NCBI GenBank assembly: GCA_963848135.1
Contig: CAWKCK010000004.1
Coordinates: 186,001 to 250,000 of the forward strand
Direction: 5' to 3'
Length of the DNA stretch: 64,000 nucleotides
Source of the DNA: an uncultured delta proteobacterium
GTDB lineage: Bacteria > Desulfobacterota > Desulfobacteria > Desulfobacterales > SG8-13
Shown here one piece after another: positions 1-10,749 of this stretch. Both the position numbers and the translations under genes were made by a program. The notes beneath the pieces are model-generated. The model made no database searches. It was not told the DNA's origin and was given only the letters and a program-made list of their open reading frames with translations. How positions within the stretch are numbered: position 1 is the first letter of the stretch; each line of letters opens with the position of its first letter.

Positions 1-119
1 CATGGCGGGATTAAAGAAAGTCGAGAACGATTTTGTTGAAGATAAGTTTTATTTAATTCTATAAAGAAGTTTAAATGTTGAGAACGTCCCCAAAACCCCA
101 AAACCCCTGGTGATTTAAA

Positions 120-422
120 ATGACTATAAGAGCAAACATATCTAATGAGGTTTTATTCAAAATCAAAGGTCTCAAGGAAGAGTTGGCAGATCGGTACTCA
201 GTTCTTAGCATCGGTGTATTTGGGTCGGCGGTAAAAGGGCGCTACAGTAAGGAAAGCGATGTCGACATTTTGGTTGAATTGAATGATCCGACTTTTGATC
301 ATTACATGGAGCTTAAATTCCGATTGGAGGAAATATTAGGGCGTGATGTGGACTTGGTTCTTAAGGATTCGCTCAAACCCAGATTGAGGACGGTTATTGA
401 AAAAGAGGTTCGCTATGTCTAG
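120..422 (+). CDS. Minimal nucleotidyltransferase (MNT) antitoxin
   Basis: GVFGS...SDVDILVE motif, 100 aa, overlaps a downstream DUF86 gene. Confidence 0.9.
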   Translation: MTIRANISNEVLFKIKGLKEELADRYSVLSIGVFGSAVKGRYSKESDVDILVELNDPTFDHYMELKFRLEEILGRDVDLVLKDSLKPRLRTVIEKEVRYV

Positions 423-774
423 AGATTATCGCCTCTACTTGGACGATATCATAGAAGCAATCAGGAGAATCAAGGAATTTACAGATAGCGTGGACTTTAA
501 TACCTTCAAGCAGGATTTAAAAACGCAGGATGCGGTCGTTCGTAATCTAGAGATAATTGGCGAGGCTTCTGGAAGACTACCAGAAATGGTTCGTCAGTCA
601 GCCCCAGAAATTGAATGGCGAAAAATAGTTGGTATACGAAATATTCTTGCACACGAATATTTTGGTATTAGCTTGCCGATCGTCTGGGATATCGTACAAA
701 ATAAGCTGGATGAGTTGGCCGAGGTATGTATACATCTTGTTTCAGAATTCAATGATAATGATTCTAAAGAGTAA
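415..774 (+). CDS. HEPN/DUF86 RNase toxin
   Basis: MSRDYRLYLDDI...LEIIGEA...RNILAHEY (Rx4H motif). Confidence 0.9.
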   Translation: MSRDYRLYLDDIIEAIRRIKEFTDSVDFNTFKQDLKTQDAVVRNLEIIGEASGRLPEMVRQSAPEIEWRKIVGIRNILAHEYFGISLPIVWDIVQNKLDELAEVCIHLVSEFNDNDSKE

Positions 775-971
775 CCCGAAGGGTCGACTGATTATCCTTT
801 GCGAATGTCCGCAAAGGATAAAACGGTGTTGTCTGTGTGGGTCTGTGGCCAAAAAGAAATCTAATCAAACAATTTTCCATTAACGAATCACGATTAACAA
901 AAACTAAATTCCTTAATTCCCCAATCAGAGACTATTTTCATATTTCTATTTAAGTTGGAAAGTAATAGAGA

Positions 972-1280
972 ATGCATACAGACATCCTAAATGAAACTAA
1001 ACGAAGGAAACTGGCAGATTTCTGCCAAAAAAATCATATTGTCAAGCTTTCCATCTTTGGTTCTACCGTCCGGGGAGAATCAACTGCGCAAAGCGATATC
1101 GATCTGCTGGTTGAGTTCAGACCAGGGCACACCCCCGGCTTGATCACATTGGCTGGAATGGAAATTGAGCTGTCAACCATCATGGGTAAAAAAGTGGACT
1201 TGCGAACAGCTCAGGATCTAAGCACCTACTTCAGACATGATGTGCTTGCAGAAGCAAAGGCCGCCTATGTTGAAACATGA
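972..1280 (+). CDS. MNT nucleotidyltransferase antitoxin
   Basis: IFGS...SDIDLLVEF...KKVDL. Confidence 0.9.
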   Translation: MHTDILNETKRRKLADFCQKNHIVKLSIFGSTVRGESTAQSDIDLLVEFRPGHTPGLITLAGMEIELSTIMGKKVDLRTAQDLSTYFRHDVLAEAKAAYVET

Positions 1281-1597
1281 TTTGATCAGGCTGTTGCATA
1301 TGCGCGATGCTGTTGAGGAGGCGATGTCATTCGTGCAAGAATCTCGACCAGGATCGAAAGCTCGTATTGGCACTGATGAAGGACATTGAAATCGTTGGAG
1401 AGGCTGCAAGCCGTATCTCAAAAGAGACTCAGCTTAATATCCCAGAGATACCATGGGCAAATATCGTCGGGATGCGAAACCGCCTCATTCATGCCTATTT
1501 TGATATCAATTTAGATATTCTGTGGCAAACTGTAAACAGAGATCTGCCGGAATTGTCCAAGAAGTTAGCGAAGGCTATTGCAGACCACGAAAAGTAA
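1267..1597 (+). pseudogene. HEPN/DUF86 toxin, frameshifted near 1340
   Basis: ATG1267 reads MLKHDLIRLLHMRDAVEEAMSFVQ and then leaves frame; the C-terminal part (IEIVGEAA...RNRLIHAYF) is in ORF 1307..1597. Confidence 0.8.
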
Positions 1598-1770
1598 TCG
1601 CTTACGTAAATTTACGATTCGTTCAAATTTTTTATGAAAACAAGATAAAATTGAGCGAGGTATCTGGATAGGGTAGAGAAAAATGAATTTGGACAGGGGG
1701 GGAAGGGGGGAAGCAGAAGCGTGTGTGAAGCGCGGGGGAGGTTTATCACCCCTGGGCGCACCTATCGACC

Positions 1771-3004
1771 TTACACGGTGGCAACCTTGAGGATCTTTAG
1801 CCCCTTTCTGATATTATATGCAGCCTGACGGCACCAGACATCGAATTTATTTTTGGTAGTCGTTGTAAATCTTGCTCTTTTAGCCTGATCGTGCAGATGG
1901 CTGATGCCGAAGTATTGCTCAACAATGTAGCGAACCTTTGAGATTGGATTTATTGCGTTCAATTTCAATATTCAGTAAGCTTGGCAGTGGTGGAATCTTT
2001 TCGCATGATGCCATCGGCGATTTTGTTTGTGGACAAGAAATTTCGATTGGGATGACCAGCATAGCCTTTATCGGCATAGACCTTTTTAATGTTTTGTTTG
2101 GTATGACGACTAAAAACCGTACAGTAAGACAGGTAGTTGGTATCATTAACCGAGGCCGGTGTAATAGTAGTGGCCAGGATAAAGCCGTGATTGGTATCAA
2201 CGGCGGCATGTTCTTTAAGACCAAAGTGGGGGACATCGTTTTTGACAGTCCAGTTTGACTCCAGGTCCCGGCAGAACTTGAGCGGCTTGCCATTTTTATC
2301 GAGCTTTACCTTCAGGAGTATTTCTTTTGTCTCTATGTTTTTTAAGATCATCATTGCTGAGAGGCTGGCTGGCGGATTGCACCAGGCGGGCATCAACGGC
2401 AATGCCCTCGTTGATGGTCAGACCCTGTCCTTCAAACTGGCGCAGGATTTCGGAGTTGAGTTGATCCATGGCATCTTTGGACAAACGAGATCTAAAGCGA
2501 GAGAAGGTGGAATGATCCGGCGAGGGTTTATCCAAGGGCAGTTGCAGGAACTTTTTAAAGGACAGCCGATCGTTGATCTGGTTTTCCAGTTCGGGATCGG
2601 AGTTAATGCGGAACCACTTTTGCAGCATGAGGCATTTAAAAAGCAACAGAGGCGGGTAGGCATCGGCGCCTTCAGCGCTGGTGCCGACAGTGTAATGGCT
2701 CATTAAGACGGATTGGATTCTGTCCCAATTCAAGGGAACTGTTAAGTTTATCCATGAGTTTGAGGCTGCGGTTATGTTTGAGAGAGTTTGCCAGAGCAAA
2801 GTCGGCGAATCCGAGATTCTTTTTCATCTTTTTATAGCCCATATGATTCCTCCAAGTGGTTGATATTTACAGGATTTATGGCATAAAATAGATGAAAAAA
2901 CAAGTTAAAACAGATAGATATGATAATTAATGAGTTATTTTTTGGAGAATAATTCAAGGAGAAAGGCTGGGTTTAAGAGTTTTGCTGAGTTATGCAAAGG
3001 TCTC
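1771..3004 (-). mobile_element. IS5-family element with transposase (2842->1771) broken into several frames
   Basis: DDE fragments homologous to the copy at 9668..11015; terminus GAGACCTTTGCATAAC on the minus strand ends at 3004; other end not identified. Confidence 0.85.
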
Positions 3005-3174
3005 AATCGGTAGCATATTTGTACGCCACAGGTGCATCTTTGACCTTTTAGCCTTGAGCCCTTTTGGAGCGGCGAAGCTGCGTTTCATAAAATCGTTCAA
3101 CGATTTTATTCAACCAATAGAACCAGTGAAACTGTTTTTTCCATTTTAGCTCACTTCAGCCACTTTATCTCACC

Positions 3175-3531
3175 ATGCCTTCTCCGCAAATGATCCAAAG
3201 ACTACCGGTAAAAGGCACCAACGGCGCGATCGATCTTATCGAGATAGACGCCATATTTTACCTTGAATCCGCTGAAGGTGATACGCTGATTCGAACCGGG
3301 CGCAAGAAACCCTACCGTTCGGTGCAGCGCCTGCATGACCTGGCCAAAAAGCTGCCGGCACCGGTTTTCGTGCAATGCCACCGGGAATACATCGTCAATC
3401 TAAACCGTGTCAGGGCACTGACGCCACGGGGAAGCAGAGACTACGACCTCCGTCTCGATCCGCCGGTCAATCGCCGCATCCCGATTGCCAGGCAGCGCTT
3501 GGAAAAAGTCCGCGCCATCCTTGGGCTGTAG
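3175..3531 (+). CDS. Stand-alone LytTR DNA-binding protein
   Basis: IFYLES...FVQCHREYIVNL...IPIAR LytTR signature. Confidence 0.85.
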   Translation: MPSPQMIQRLPVKGTNGAIDLIEIDAIFYLESAEGDTLIRTGRKKPYRSVQRLHDLAKKLPAPVFVQCHREYIVNLNRVRALTPRGSRDYDLRLDPPVNRRIPIARQRLEKVRAILGL

Positions 3532-3957
3532 ACAATGACTACCATTATTACGACTTGCCCACTGTTTGACCATCCAGGCTGGAAAACGACGTCTCACGGC
3601 TCAGACAGGACAGGGTAAGCCGGAAAACGACAAGTCTGTTAAACCCGGAAATTTCATCGATTGGAGGTTTTTTTGGCCAATCGCACACCTTCGATCAAAT
3701 GATCAGATTTGTGATACCGCATCGCGGAAGGCATTTCGAGGTGATGCTTTAGTCAGTCTACCGCGATCCTCGAATAATACTGGCCATGTAAGCCTCCGGT
3801 TGACCCGAAGAATGACATCTTTTCAGCTCTTTCAATAGATCTTGCGGAGGTACAAAGTGACCCTCGGTTGTCTTTACGCTATCAAAATTCTACTTGATAT
3901 TTGGAATAGGTTGAATTAGAATCTTACCAGTAAGAATATTATAACTGGGAGTCTGTA

Positions 3958-4224
3958 ATGAAAAGTTTAGCGACAACCAAGATGTCCTCCAAGGGGCAGG
4001 TGGTTATTCCGGAGAACATCCGAAAACGATTGAAATTGACGGCCGGTTCTCGGTTCGTCGTCGTAGGGAAGGATGACGTAATCATCTTAAAGACGATAGA
4101 GCCACCCTCGATGCAGGAGTTTAATGGATTGATAAAAGAAGTGCGGCAAAAAGCTAAAAAGGCCGGTTTAAAGCGAAATGACATTTCTGAGGCTGTTTCC
4201 CAGGCGCGGCAGCGAAGCAAGTGA
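3958..4224 (+). CDS. AbrB/MazE-family antitoxin
   Basis: TKMSSKGQVVIPENIRKRL. Confidence 0.9.
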   Translation: MKSLATTKMSSKGQVVIPENIRKRLKLTAGSRFVVVGKDDVIILKTIEPPSMQEFNGLIKEVRQKAKKAGLKRNDISEAVSQARQRSK

Positions 4225-4891
4225 GGGTCGTCTGATCACAGAAATTTCACCAATTGGAGGATTTCATGGCCAAGGCACTTCAAAACGAAGCTGTAGTTCA
4301 TCTACCGCTAGTTTTGGATAACGCAGGCAATGATAGCCTCCGGCTGGCCTGAAAGGTGAAATCTTTTCAGATCTTTTTAATTCCTGGTGACACTATGATA
4401 GGAATTATTAATGGATAAGCCAAATTATTCAAAAATACTCCTGCCCATTTTCTTTATAGTAATTTCTGAAATGATTTCATGAAAATTTTGGGAATGATGC
4501 GAATGTGTTTGTCTCGGGAATATTTTTCAGCGGTCCGCCTTTCAAAATATTGGAAGCATGGCGCGATGGACGATTGGAGGTGGTGGTTTCACCGGAAATA
4601 CTTGAAGAGTATTATCGAGTTGGCGAAATCTTGAGCAACCGCTATCCAGACGTGGATGTCACACCCGTTTTGGAATTTATTACGATAAATGCAGAGATAG
4701 TTTCACCAACAACTCTCGAGGAGCCCATTTGCGCTGATCCGGATGACGACAAATTTTTTACGTGCGCCATTGAAGGACGCTGCTCCATTATTATCAGTGG
4801 TGATAAACACTTGCTCGACAAATCTGGTTACGCTAAGGTCAGCGTGCAGAGACCACGCGATTTTATGGATAAATTTTTGGTAAGAGTTTGA
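4221..4891 (+). pseudogene. PIN-domain toxin interrupted after about codon 5 by a ~260-bp MITE
   Basis: GTG4221 reads MRVV, then the insert, then DANVFVSGIFF...DPDDDKF...IISGDKHLL. Confidence 0.8.
4236..4494. mobile_element. MITE family M1, diverged copy
   Basis: Ends TCACAGAAATTTCAC / TTTCATGAAAATTTTGGGA; interior similar to 57305..57566. Confidence 0.7.
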
Positions 4892-5175
4892 GAAAAGGGT
4901 GCACAAAGCGGTATCGTCCCGCAACGGCGGGACTACATAAAATCGCTCAGCGATTTTATTCAGCCAATAGAACCAATAAAACTGTAGTTCCTACCAATCA
5001 AACCAATTGAACCAATAAAACAAATAAAATAGCCTTTTCTATTCCTTAATTCGCTATCCACATGATTGTAAATATCATAACTGTTTGTAATCGATTATAG
5101 AAATGAACGTTTGACAGGGGAATACAAGATGTCCCCAAAGTCTCTAATGATCGAAACGATGGAATATTGTAATTA

Positions 5176-5412
5176 ATGAAAACGACACAATATTTTGAAT
5201 ACATGAAAAAAAGATCGGATCGGGTTTATATTAAGGATAAATGGATAACATTTGTTGTTGATAATCCGATAAAAACTGAAATCCAATCGGATGGAAGAAT
5301 TAGAAAATGGGCTAAAATAGAAGAGGTTAATAAATATCTCAGGGTGATTTTGTTAGAAGATAGCGAAACAGTGCATAATGCCTTTTTTGATCGCTCCTTT
5401 AAGGAGGAATAA
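5176..5412 (+). CDS. Putative toxin (DUF4258/RelE-like) of a TA pair
   Basis: 78 aa, DGRIRKW...YLRVILLED..VHNAFFDR; immediately upstream of a DUF2283-like gene. Confidence 0.7.
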   Translation: MKTTQYFEYMKKRSDRVYIKDKWITFVVDNPIKTEIQSDGRIRKWAKIEEVNKYLRVILLEDSETVHNAFFDRSFKEE

Positions 5413-5414
5413 CA

Positions 5415-5621
5415 ATGAAAGTAAAATATTTTCCAGATACAGATACCGCTCACGTTGAATTTACGACCGGCGAAGTTCGGGAGACGAAAGAAATAAGCGA
5501 AAATATTTATGTGGACATAGATGAATTTGGTAACTTAGTGAGCATGACAATCGAGCACGCAAAAGCTAATGCAGGATTGTGGGAATTCTCTTATCAAGAT
5601 ATGACTCCCCAAGCGATGTGA
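5415..5621 (+). CDS. DUF2283-family putative antitoxin
   Basis: MKVKYFPDTDTAHVEF...VDIDEFGNLVSMTIEHA; strong RBS AAGGAGG. Confidence 0.8.
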   Translation: MKVKYFPDTDTAHVEFTTGEVRETKEISENIYVDIDEFGNLVSMTIEHAKANAGLWEFSYQDMTPQAM

Positions 5622-6207
5622 GACCGGAATTCGATTCTATCGTAATACTGGATGCTAAAAAGCGGATCCATAAACCAACCCATGTTATTTACCAGCTTGA
5701 GGAAAAAGATGCCGCATCAGCATAATAGCGGTTCTTGAAAGATTCAGCAGCTTGAATTGATTCACCCGAAGGGTCGGCTGATTATCCTTTGCGAATGTCC
5801 GCAAAGGAAAAGTATCTTTGGTCTGTGTCTGTCTGTAAGAATCTGTGTCCATAATATCGTTTGCCTTTGAGCTTTGAGCTTTCAGCCTTGAGCTCACTTC
5901 CTATTGTCTGTGCCTGCCCGGTCCGCTCGTAGGTCCGGAAGATCGTACTGGGGTTAAATTCTGCAATGCAGACCCCTACGGGGATTTAACTGGGTAAATC
6001 TGTGGCTAATAATTCCATAATTTTGTTTTGCCCTTTGAGCTTCATATCAGCGACAACGCCGGTTACATAAAATCGCGTACGATTTTATCCCGATATAAAG
6101 TTTAAAAGTTGAGAACGTCCCCAAAAGCTCTGAATTCGAAATTGACGATTTGTTCATATTTTTATGGATGTTCCCAAGATCCCCAATCTGTTCAACAGGA
6201 GGAAAAC

Positions 6208-6420
6208 GTGAAATATCGTGTATTAATCGAACAAGATGAAGATGGCATGTTTGTAGCCGAAGTACCAGCTTTGCCTGGATGTGTTTCTCAAGGTAAAACA
6301 CGAAACGAGGCGGTGCTGAATATTCAAGAAGCCATTGCTGTATATTTGGAAAGCTTAAAAGCTCATAATGAACCAATTCCCCCTTCTATTAACGAGGAAG
6401 TGGTAGAGGTTTCAGTGTGA
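6208..6420 (+). CDS. hicB: HicB-family antitoxin
   Basis: YRVLIEQDEDGMFVAEVPALPGCVSQGKT; RBS AGGAGG before GTG6208. Confidence 0.9.
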   Translation: MKYRVLIEQDEDGMFVAEVPALPGCVSQGKTRNEAVLNIQEAIAVYLESLKAHNEPIPPSINEEVVEVSV

Positions 6421-6903
6421 GCAACCTACCTCAAGTTTCTGGTCGTAAAGTCGTTAACCCGAATATTTCATGAAATCTTTTCGCCACTATGAGTAAGTTA
6501 ATTTAATTTTAGATACTTGACATGAAATGGACGTATTTTGGTTAGAGTACAATTTGCAACTTATGAATTTTAGAGAAAAGCCGAAAAGTTTTCACCTCTT
6601 GGGCACTCCCTGAGGCATCCATTGGCTGCGTTATCAAAAGCTTGCAGTAGGTTGACTACGGCGGCACCCTTGAGTGCCTTGCCATTGAATCCCTCAGGGA
6701 CGTGAAATGTCCGGGTTAAGGTATTACTGCAAATTGGTTATGAAAAAGATAGGCAAAAGGGAAGCCATATCGTCATGCGGCAAGTATCATATCCCCATAG
6801 GCGTATCGTAGTTCCAGATCATAAGGAGGTGGCGAAGGGAACGCTACGAGCAATCATTCGATACGCAGGTCTATCAGTAGAGGGATTTACAAAATTACTA
6901 TAA
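6417..6903 (+). pseudogene. hicA: HicA toxin split by MITE M1
   Basis: Removing 6458..6719 gives MSNLPQVSGRKVVKVLLQIGYEKDRQKGSHIVMRQ...VPDHKEVAKGTLRAII...LL*. Confidence 0.9.
6457..6716. mobile_element. MITE family M1 (~260 bp)
   Basis: TIRs ACCCGAATATTTCA / TGAAATGTCCGGGT; TTAA on both flanks; inverted paralogue at 57305..57566. Confidence 0.9.
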
Positions 6904-7063
6904 ACTATCACCAGCCAGACATTGATTGTCATTACTTTGACCTTTCAGCTTTGAGCCCTCTATACAATCCAAGTGCTCTAAACAGGACAAAACGGATAGA
7001 CCAAGGAGTATAGAAACTTATAATTTATTGGGCGTCCCCGAAAACACAATAAGGAATAAAATA

Positions 7064-7273
7064 ATGCGTAATTTTACGGCCATCATCGAAAAGTGCTCGG
7101 ATACGGGTCTATATGTTGGTTTTGTGCCAGGTTTCCCCGGTGCTCATTCACAGGGCGAAACACTAGATGAACTAAACGAAAATCTTAAAGAGGTAATTTC
7201 TTTGTTACTAGAAGACGGTGAACCAAGATTGGAAGCCGAATTCATCGGGACTCAAAATGTGGTGGTGGCCTGA
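7064..7273 (+). CDS. hicB: HicB-family antitoxin
   Basis: FTAIIEKC.DTGLYVGFVPGFPGAHSQGETLDEL. Confidence 0.85.
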   Translation: MRNFTAIIEKCSDTGLYVGFVPGFPGAHSQGETLDELNENLKEVISLLLEDGEPRLEAEFIGTQNVVVA

Positions 7274-7275
7274 AC

Positions 7276-7499
7276 ATGGGAAGCATCCCGGTTCCTAAAC
7301 AAAAGATGTGGCCGCTATTCTGGTGAGACTCGGCTTTGAGGAGGTCAGGCAGAGAGGCTCTCACAAACAGTTTCGTCACCCGGATGGGCGTTTTACAACA
7401 TTGCCCTACCATGCGAACAGAGATATTTCCCCCATCTTATTGCGTCAGATAGCCAAAGACATCAACCTGACTATTGAAGAGTTCATAAGCAATCGTTGA
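7276..7499 (+). pseudogene. hicA: HicA toxin with 5' frameshift
   Basis: ATG7276 (MGSIPV) is out of frame with VAAILVRLGFEEVRQRGSHKQFRHPDGR. Confidence 0.75.
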
Positions 7500-7950
7500 T
7501 CAACCCAAAGCTACAACTAAGCGCCGTAGGCGGAGCGGTTTTCATTGAGCGCCTTCTCCCGCTCGATGAAAAAATAATAACCCTCCGCGTTCTCCGCGCC
7601 TCGAGCGAAGCGGGTGGTGAAATCTCGTTAATCTTTCAGCTTTGAACTTTGAGCTCATATCCGCCTTGCCCCCTTTTTTTCCGGGCTCAACGGGCCCAAC
7701 CGGCTAAATTTATCCTGTTAAATTCACGATAGTGAAAAGCGAAGCTTATTTAACGGGACAGGCTTAACCGGCCCCCTTTGTAGGGCCAAATAGGAAACTT
7801 ATAATTTAATGGGCGTTATATATTGAAATAACTAAAGAATATACTGCCACGAGTAGTAAAAAGAAAAGTAATTATCGCCTTGAAAAAAAGATAACCTCCT
7901 AATAGCATAAAAGTCAGCAAAACTTAAACATCTGCCAAAAGGAGGTTATC

Positions 7951-9235
7951 GTGAAGCATGACAACGTTACCAAGTACGTCGAGTTCTGTCAATTCCGACA
8001 AGAGATCCGAGGATCGACAGAGCATGTCATCGTCGGCATCGATGTGGCAAAGGATCGCCACCACGCTTTTTTCGGTACCGCTATGGGCCGAACACTGCTC
8101 AAAAGACTGCTCTTTGACAACACCGCAGCAGGCTTCGCCAAGTTGCTGGAGCGCGTCGACCAGCTTAAGGCCCGCTATGGTCTGAGCAAGGCCGCCTTTG
8201 CATTGGAGCCGACGGGTAACTACCATAAACCACTGGCCCACTGGCTTTTGGAGCAAGGACAACTGCTGGTGCTGGTCTCCAACCATGCCATTGCCGAGAA
8301 CCGCCAGACATTGGACGGCCGGTGGGATAAGAACGACACCAAAGACAGTGCCAATGTGGCTGACTTGGTCTCCCAGGGCAAGTGCCAGTTCTTTGAAAAA
8401 CCGGCTGCGGACCTGTTGGAATTGCGCACGTTGCTGTCGCTGCGCAAGCGACTCAAGAAGCAAGAGCATGCGATTCGCATGCAGATCCGCAATGGGTTGG
8501 TGGCCAGGCACTTTCCGGAACTGGACCGGCACTGGGGAAGCTGTCTGACCGAGAACTTGGCAATCGTGCGCTGGTGTCTGGATCCGCGCACAATAGCGGC
8601 TATGGCCTTTTAACGATTTTCTGCGCCTGGTTACCACCCGTGATCGTGGTCTGCGGCAGCTAAAACGGTTGCGGACAATCCATGAGTTGGCCGCAAGTTC
8701 GATCGGCTGCCCGGTGAATGAAGCCACAGTATTTGAGGCCCAAACACTGGTGGAGCGCTTCTATGATCTGCGAGAGCGTATCGAACAAACCGAGGCGCAA
8801 ATAGAGTCGATTTGCCGGCGTTTTGCCGCATACCGGTGGTTGCGGACGATACCCGGATTTGGCCCTTACGTCTGCTCGCAGGTGTTGGCAAAAATCGGAG
8901 ACCCCCACCGATTCAAGGGGCGCAAACAACTGATCCGGCTGGCTGGTTTTGATCTGAACGCCAAGCGGAGCGGCAAACGCAGCCGGACGGCTGTGCCGGT
9001 GATCTCCAAACGCGGCAATAGTGATCTGAGATATGCGCTGTATCAGGCGGCGCTGATCGCTTCAATTCAAGACACCGGCTTCCGCGCACTGTACACCGGC
9101 TATTTGAAAGGCCGTGAAAAGGAGCGGGGCATCCGAACCAAAATGCGGGTCAAGCTGGCTGCCAAGATGCTGGTCATCGCTTGGACGATAATGAGAACTG
9201 AAACTGGTTTTAATCCGAGCATGCTCGGAGTCTGA
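7951..9235 (+). mobile_element. IS110-family recombinase gene, frameshifted at ~8610, followed by a long 3' non-coding end
   Basis: GIDVAK, LEPTG, KNDTKDS (DEDD domain); IPGFG...SG...ISKRGN..LR (Tnp20 domain). Confidence 0.9.
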
Positions 9236-10468
9236 GGGTAGAGCCCGCAAACAAATCGTGTATCGGCGAGAGAGCCCGTGAATAGGCGTAGGAGCGAAAC
9301 AACTCCGGGAGGGACAATTCCAGGGCCTCTCACTGAACTCTAAGCCTGGATAAGGAATGCTTGAGGCCGACACCAACGGTTCGGATCTCGGATAAACGTA
9401 ACGCTGAGGCGCAGAGTTCGCCGGCAGCTTCATGTAAGCCTGCCGAAGGGAGAGAAAACTCGTCGAAAAAGTGAGAGCTTTGAAAATTTGGTTAGATTAC
9501 CGATTTTATGATTTCTGTCAAATTTTTTACTAAAGTGAGATAAAATTCAGTCTGATATTAGAATTTGTTCATGAAAATTACGTTTTTTCTGGCATTAAAT
9601 AGGTGTTACAAGATCGTTTTCAAGCTGGCCCACAGGTTTTATCCACCCCCGGGCGCACCTATCCACCTTATACGGTAGCGACCTTCCGGATCTTTAATCC
9701 CTTGCGGATATTATAGGCCGCCTGGCGACACCAAGCATCGAAATTGTTTTTTGCGATGGTAGTAAATCTTGCTCTTTTAGCTCCATCGTGCAGGTGACTG
9801 ATTCCGAAGTATTGTTCAACGATATATCTGACTTTTGAAATTTTTGTGTTTCGCTCTATTTCATATTCAGTGATTTTGGCTGTGGTCGAGTCTTTTCGCA
9901 TAATCCCATCGGCGATTTCATTAAGGGCCAGGAAATCCCGGTTGGGCTGACCAGCATATCCTTTGTCGGCATAAACCTTTTCGATAGGTTGTTTGGTGTG
10001 GCGGCTGAAAACGGTACAATAGGGCAGGTAATTGGTATCATGCACGGAAGCCGGGGTCATGGTGGTGGCCAGAATAAAGCCATGTTTGGTATCAACGGAG
10101 GCATGTTCTTTAAGGCCGAAGTGGGGTTCATCGTTTTGCACGACCCAATTGGATTCGAGGTCTCTTGAGAACTTGCGAATATTGCCATTTTTATCGAGTT
10201 TACCTTCAGGAGTATTTCGTTGTTCTCTAACTTCTTTAAGTTGATCATTACTGAGGGGACGGCTGGCGGATTTAACGAGCCTGGCATCGACAGCAACGCC
10301 CTCGTTGATAGTGAGCCCCTGACCTTCAAACTGACGCAGGATCTCGGAGTTAAGCTGATCCATAGCTTGTTTGGACAATCGGGATCTGAAGCGTGAGAAA
10401 GTGGAGTGGTCCGGAGAGGGTTTGCTCAAGGGCAGACCGAGGAACTTTTTAAACGACAGCCGGTCGTT

Positions 10469-10748
10469 CACCCGGTGAAATTGTTTGAGGATTAATGTAT
10501 TACACATATGTTCTGCATAGTGAGAAGGATGGCCAGCTATATGTAGGCTTCACAAAGGACCTCAAACAAAGATTTGATCTGCATAACAAAGGGCGGATTG
10601 AATCAACAAAAGATAGACGGCCATTGAAACTGATCTATTACGAAGCTTGTACAGATAGAGAAGATGCTACTAAGCGTGAAAAACACCTAAAGACACACTA
10701 CGGGCGAATGTATCTAAAGAAACGACTCAAATCTTATTTCACTGGGTA
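10469..10748 (+). mobile_element. 280-bp inverted-repeat-bounded element carrying a GIY-YIG gene
   Basis: IRs ACCCGGTGAAAT (10470) / ATTTCACTGGGT (10747); removing it restores the host reading frame. Confidence 0.85.
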
Positions 10749-10749
10749 A
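10495..10749 (+). CDS. Small GIY-YIG nuclease
   Basis: YYTYVL...LYVGFT.DL..R...H...YYE....A.KRE..LK. Confidence 0.9.
   Translation: MYYTYVLHSEKDGQLYVGFTKDLKQRFDLHNKGRIESTKDRRPLKLIYYEACTDREDATKREKHLKTHYGRMYLKKRLKSYFTG

Noticed and set aside
1690..1742. G-rich stretch as a G-quadruplex signal
   Set aside because: It replaces sequence conserved in the other IS5 copies and looks like low-quality assembly.
10469..10748. Group I intron or intein carrying a homing endonuclease
   Set aside because: Only ~26 non-coding bases, too few for a ribozyme; the ORF is antisense to the host here and has no intein motifs.
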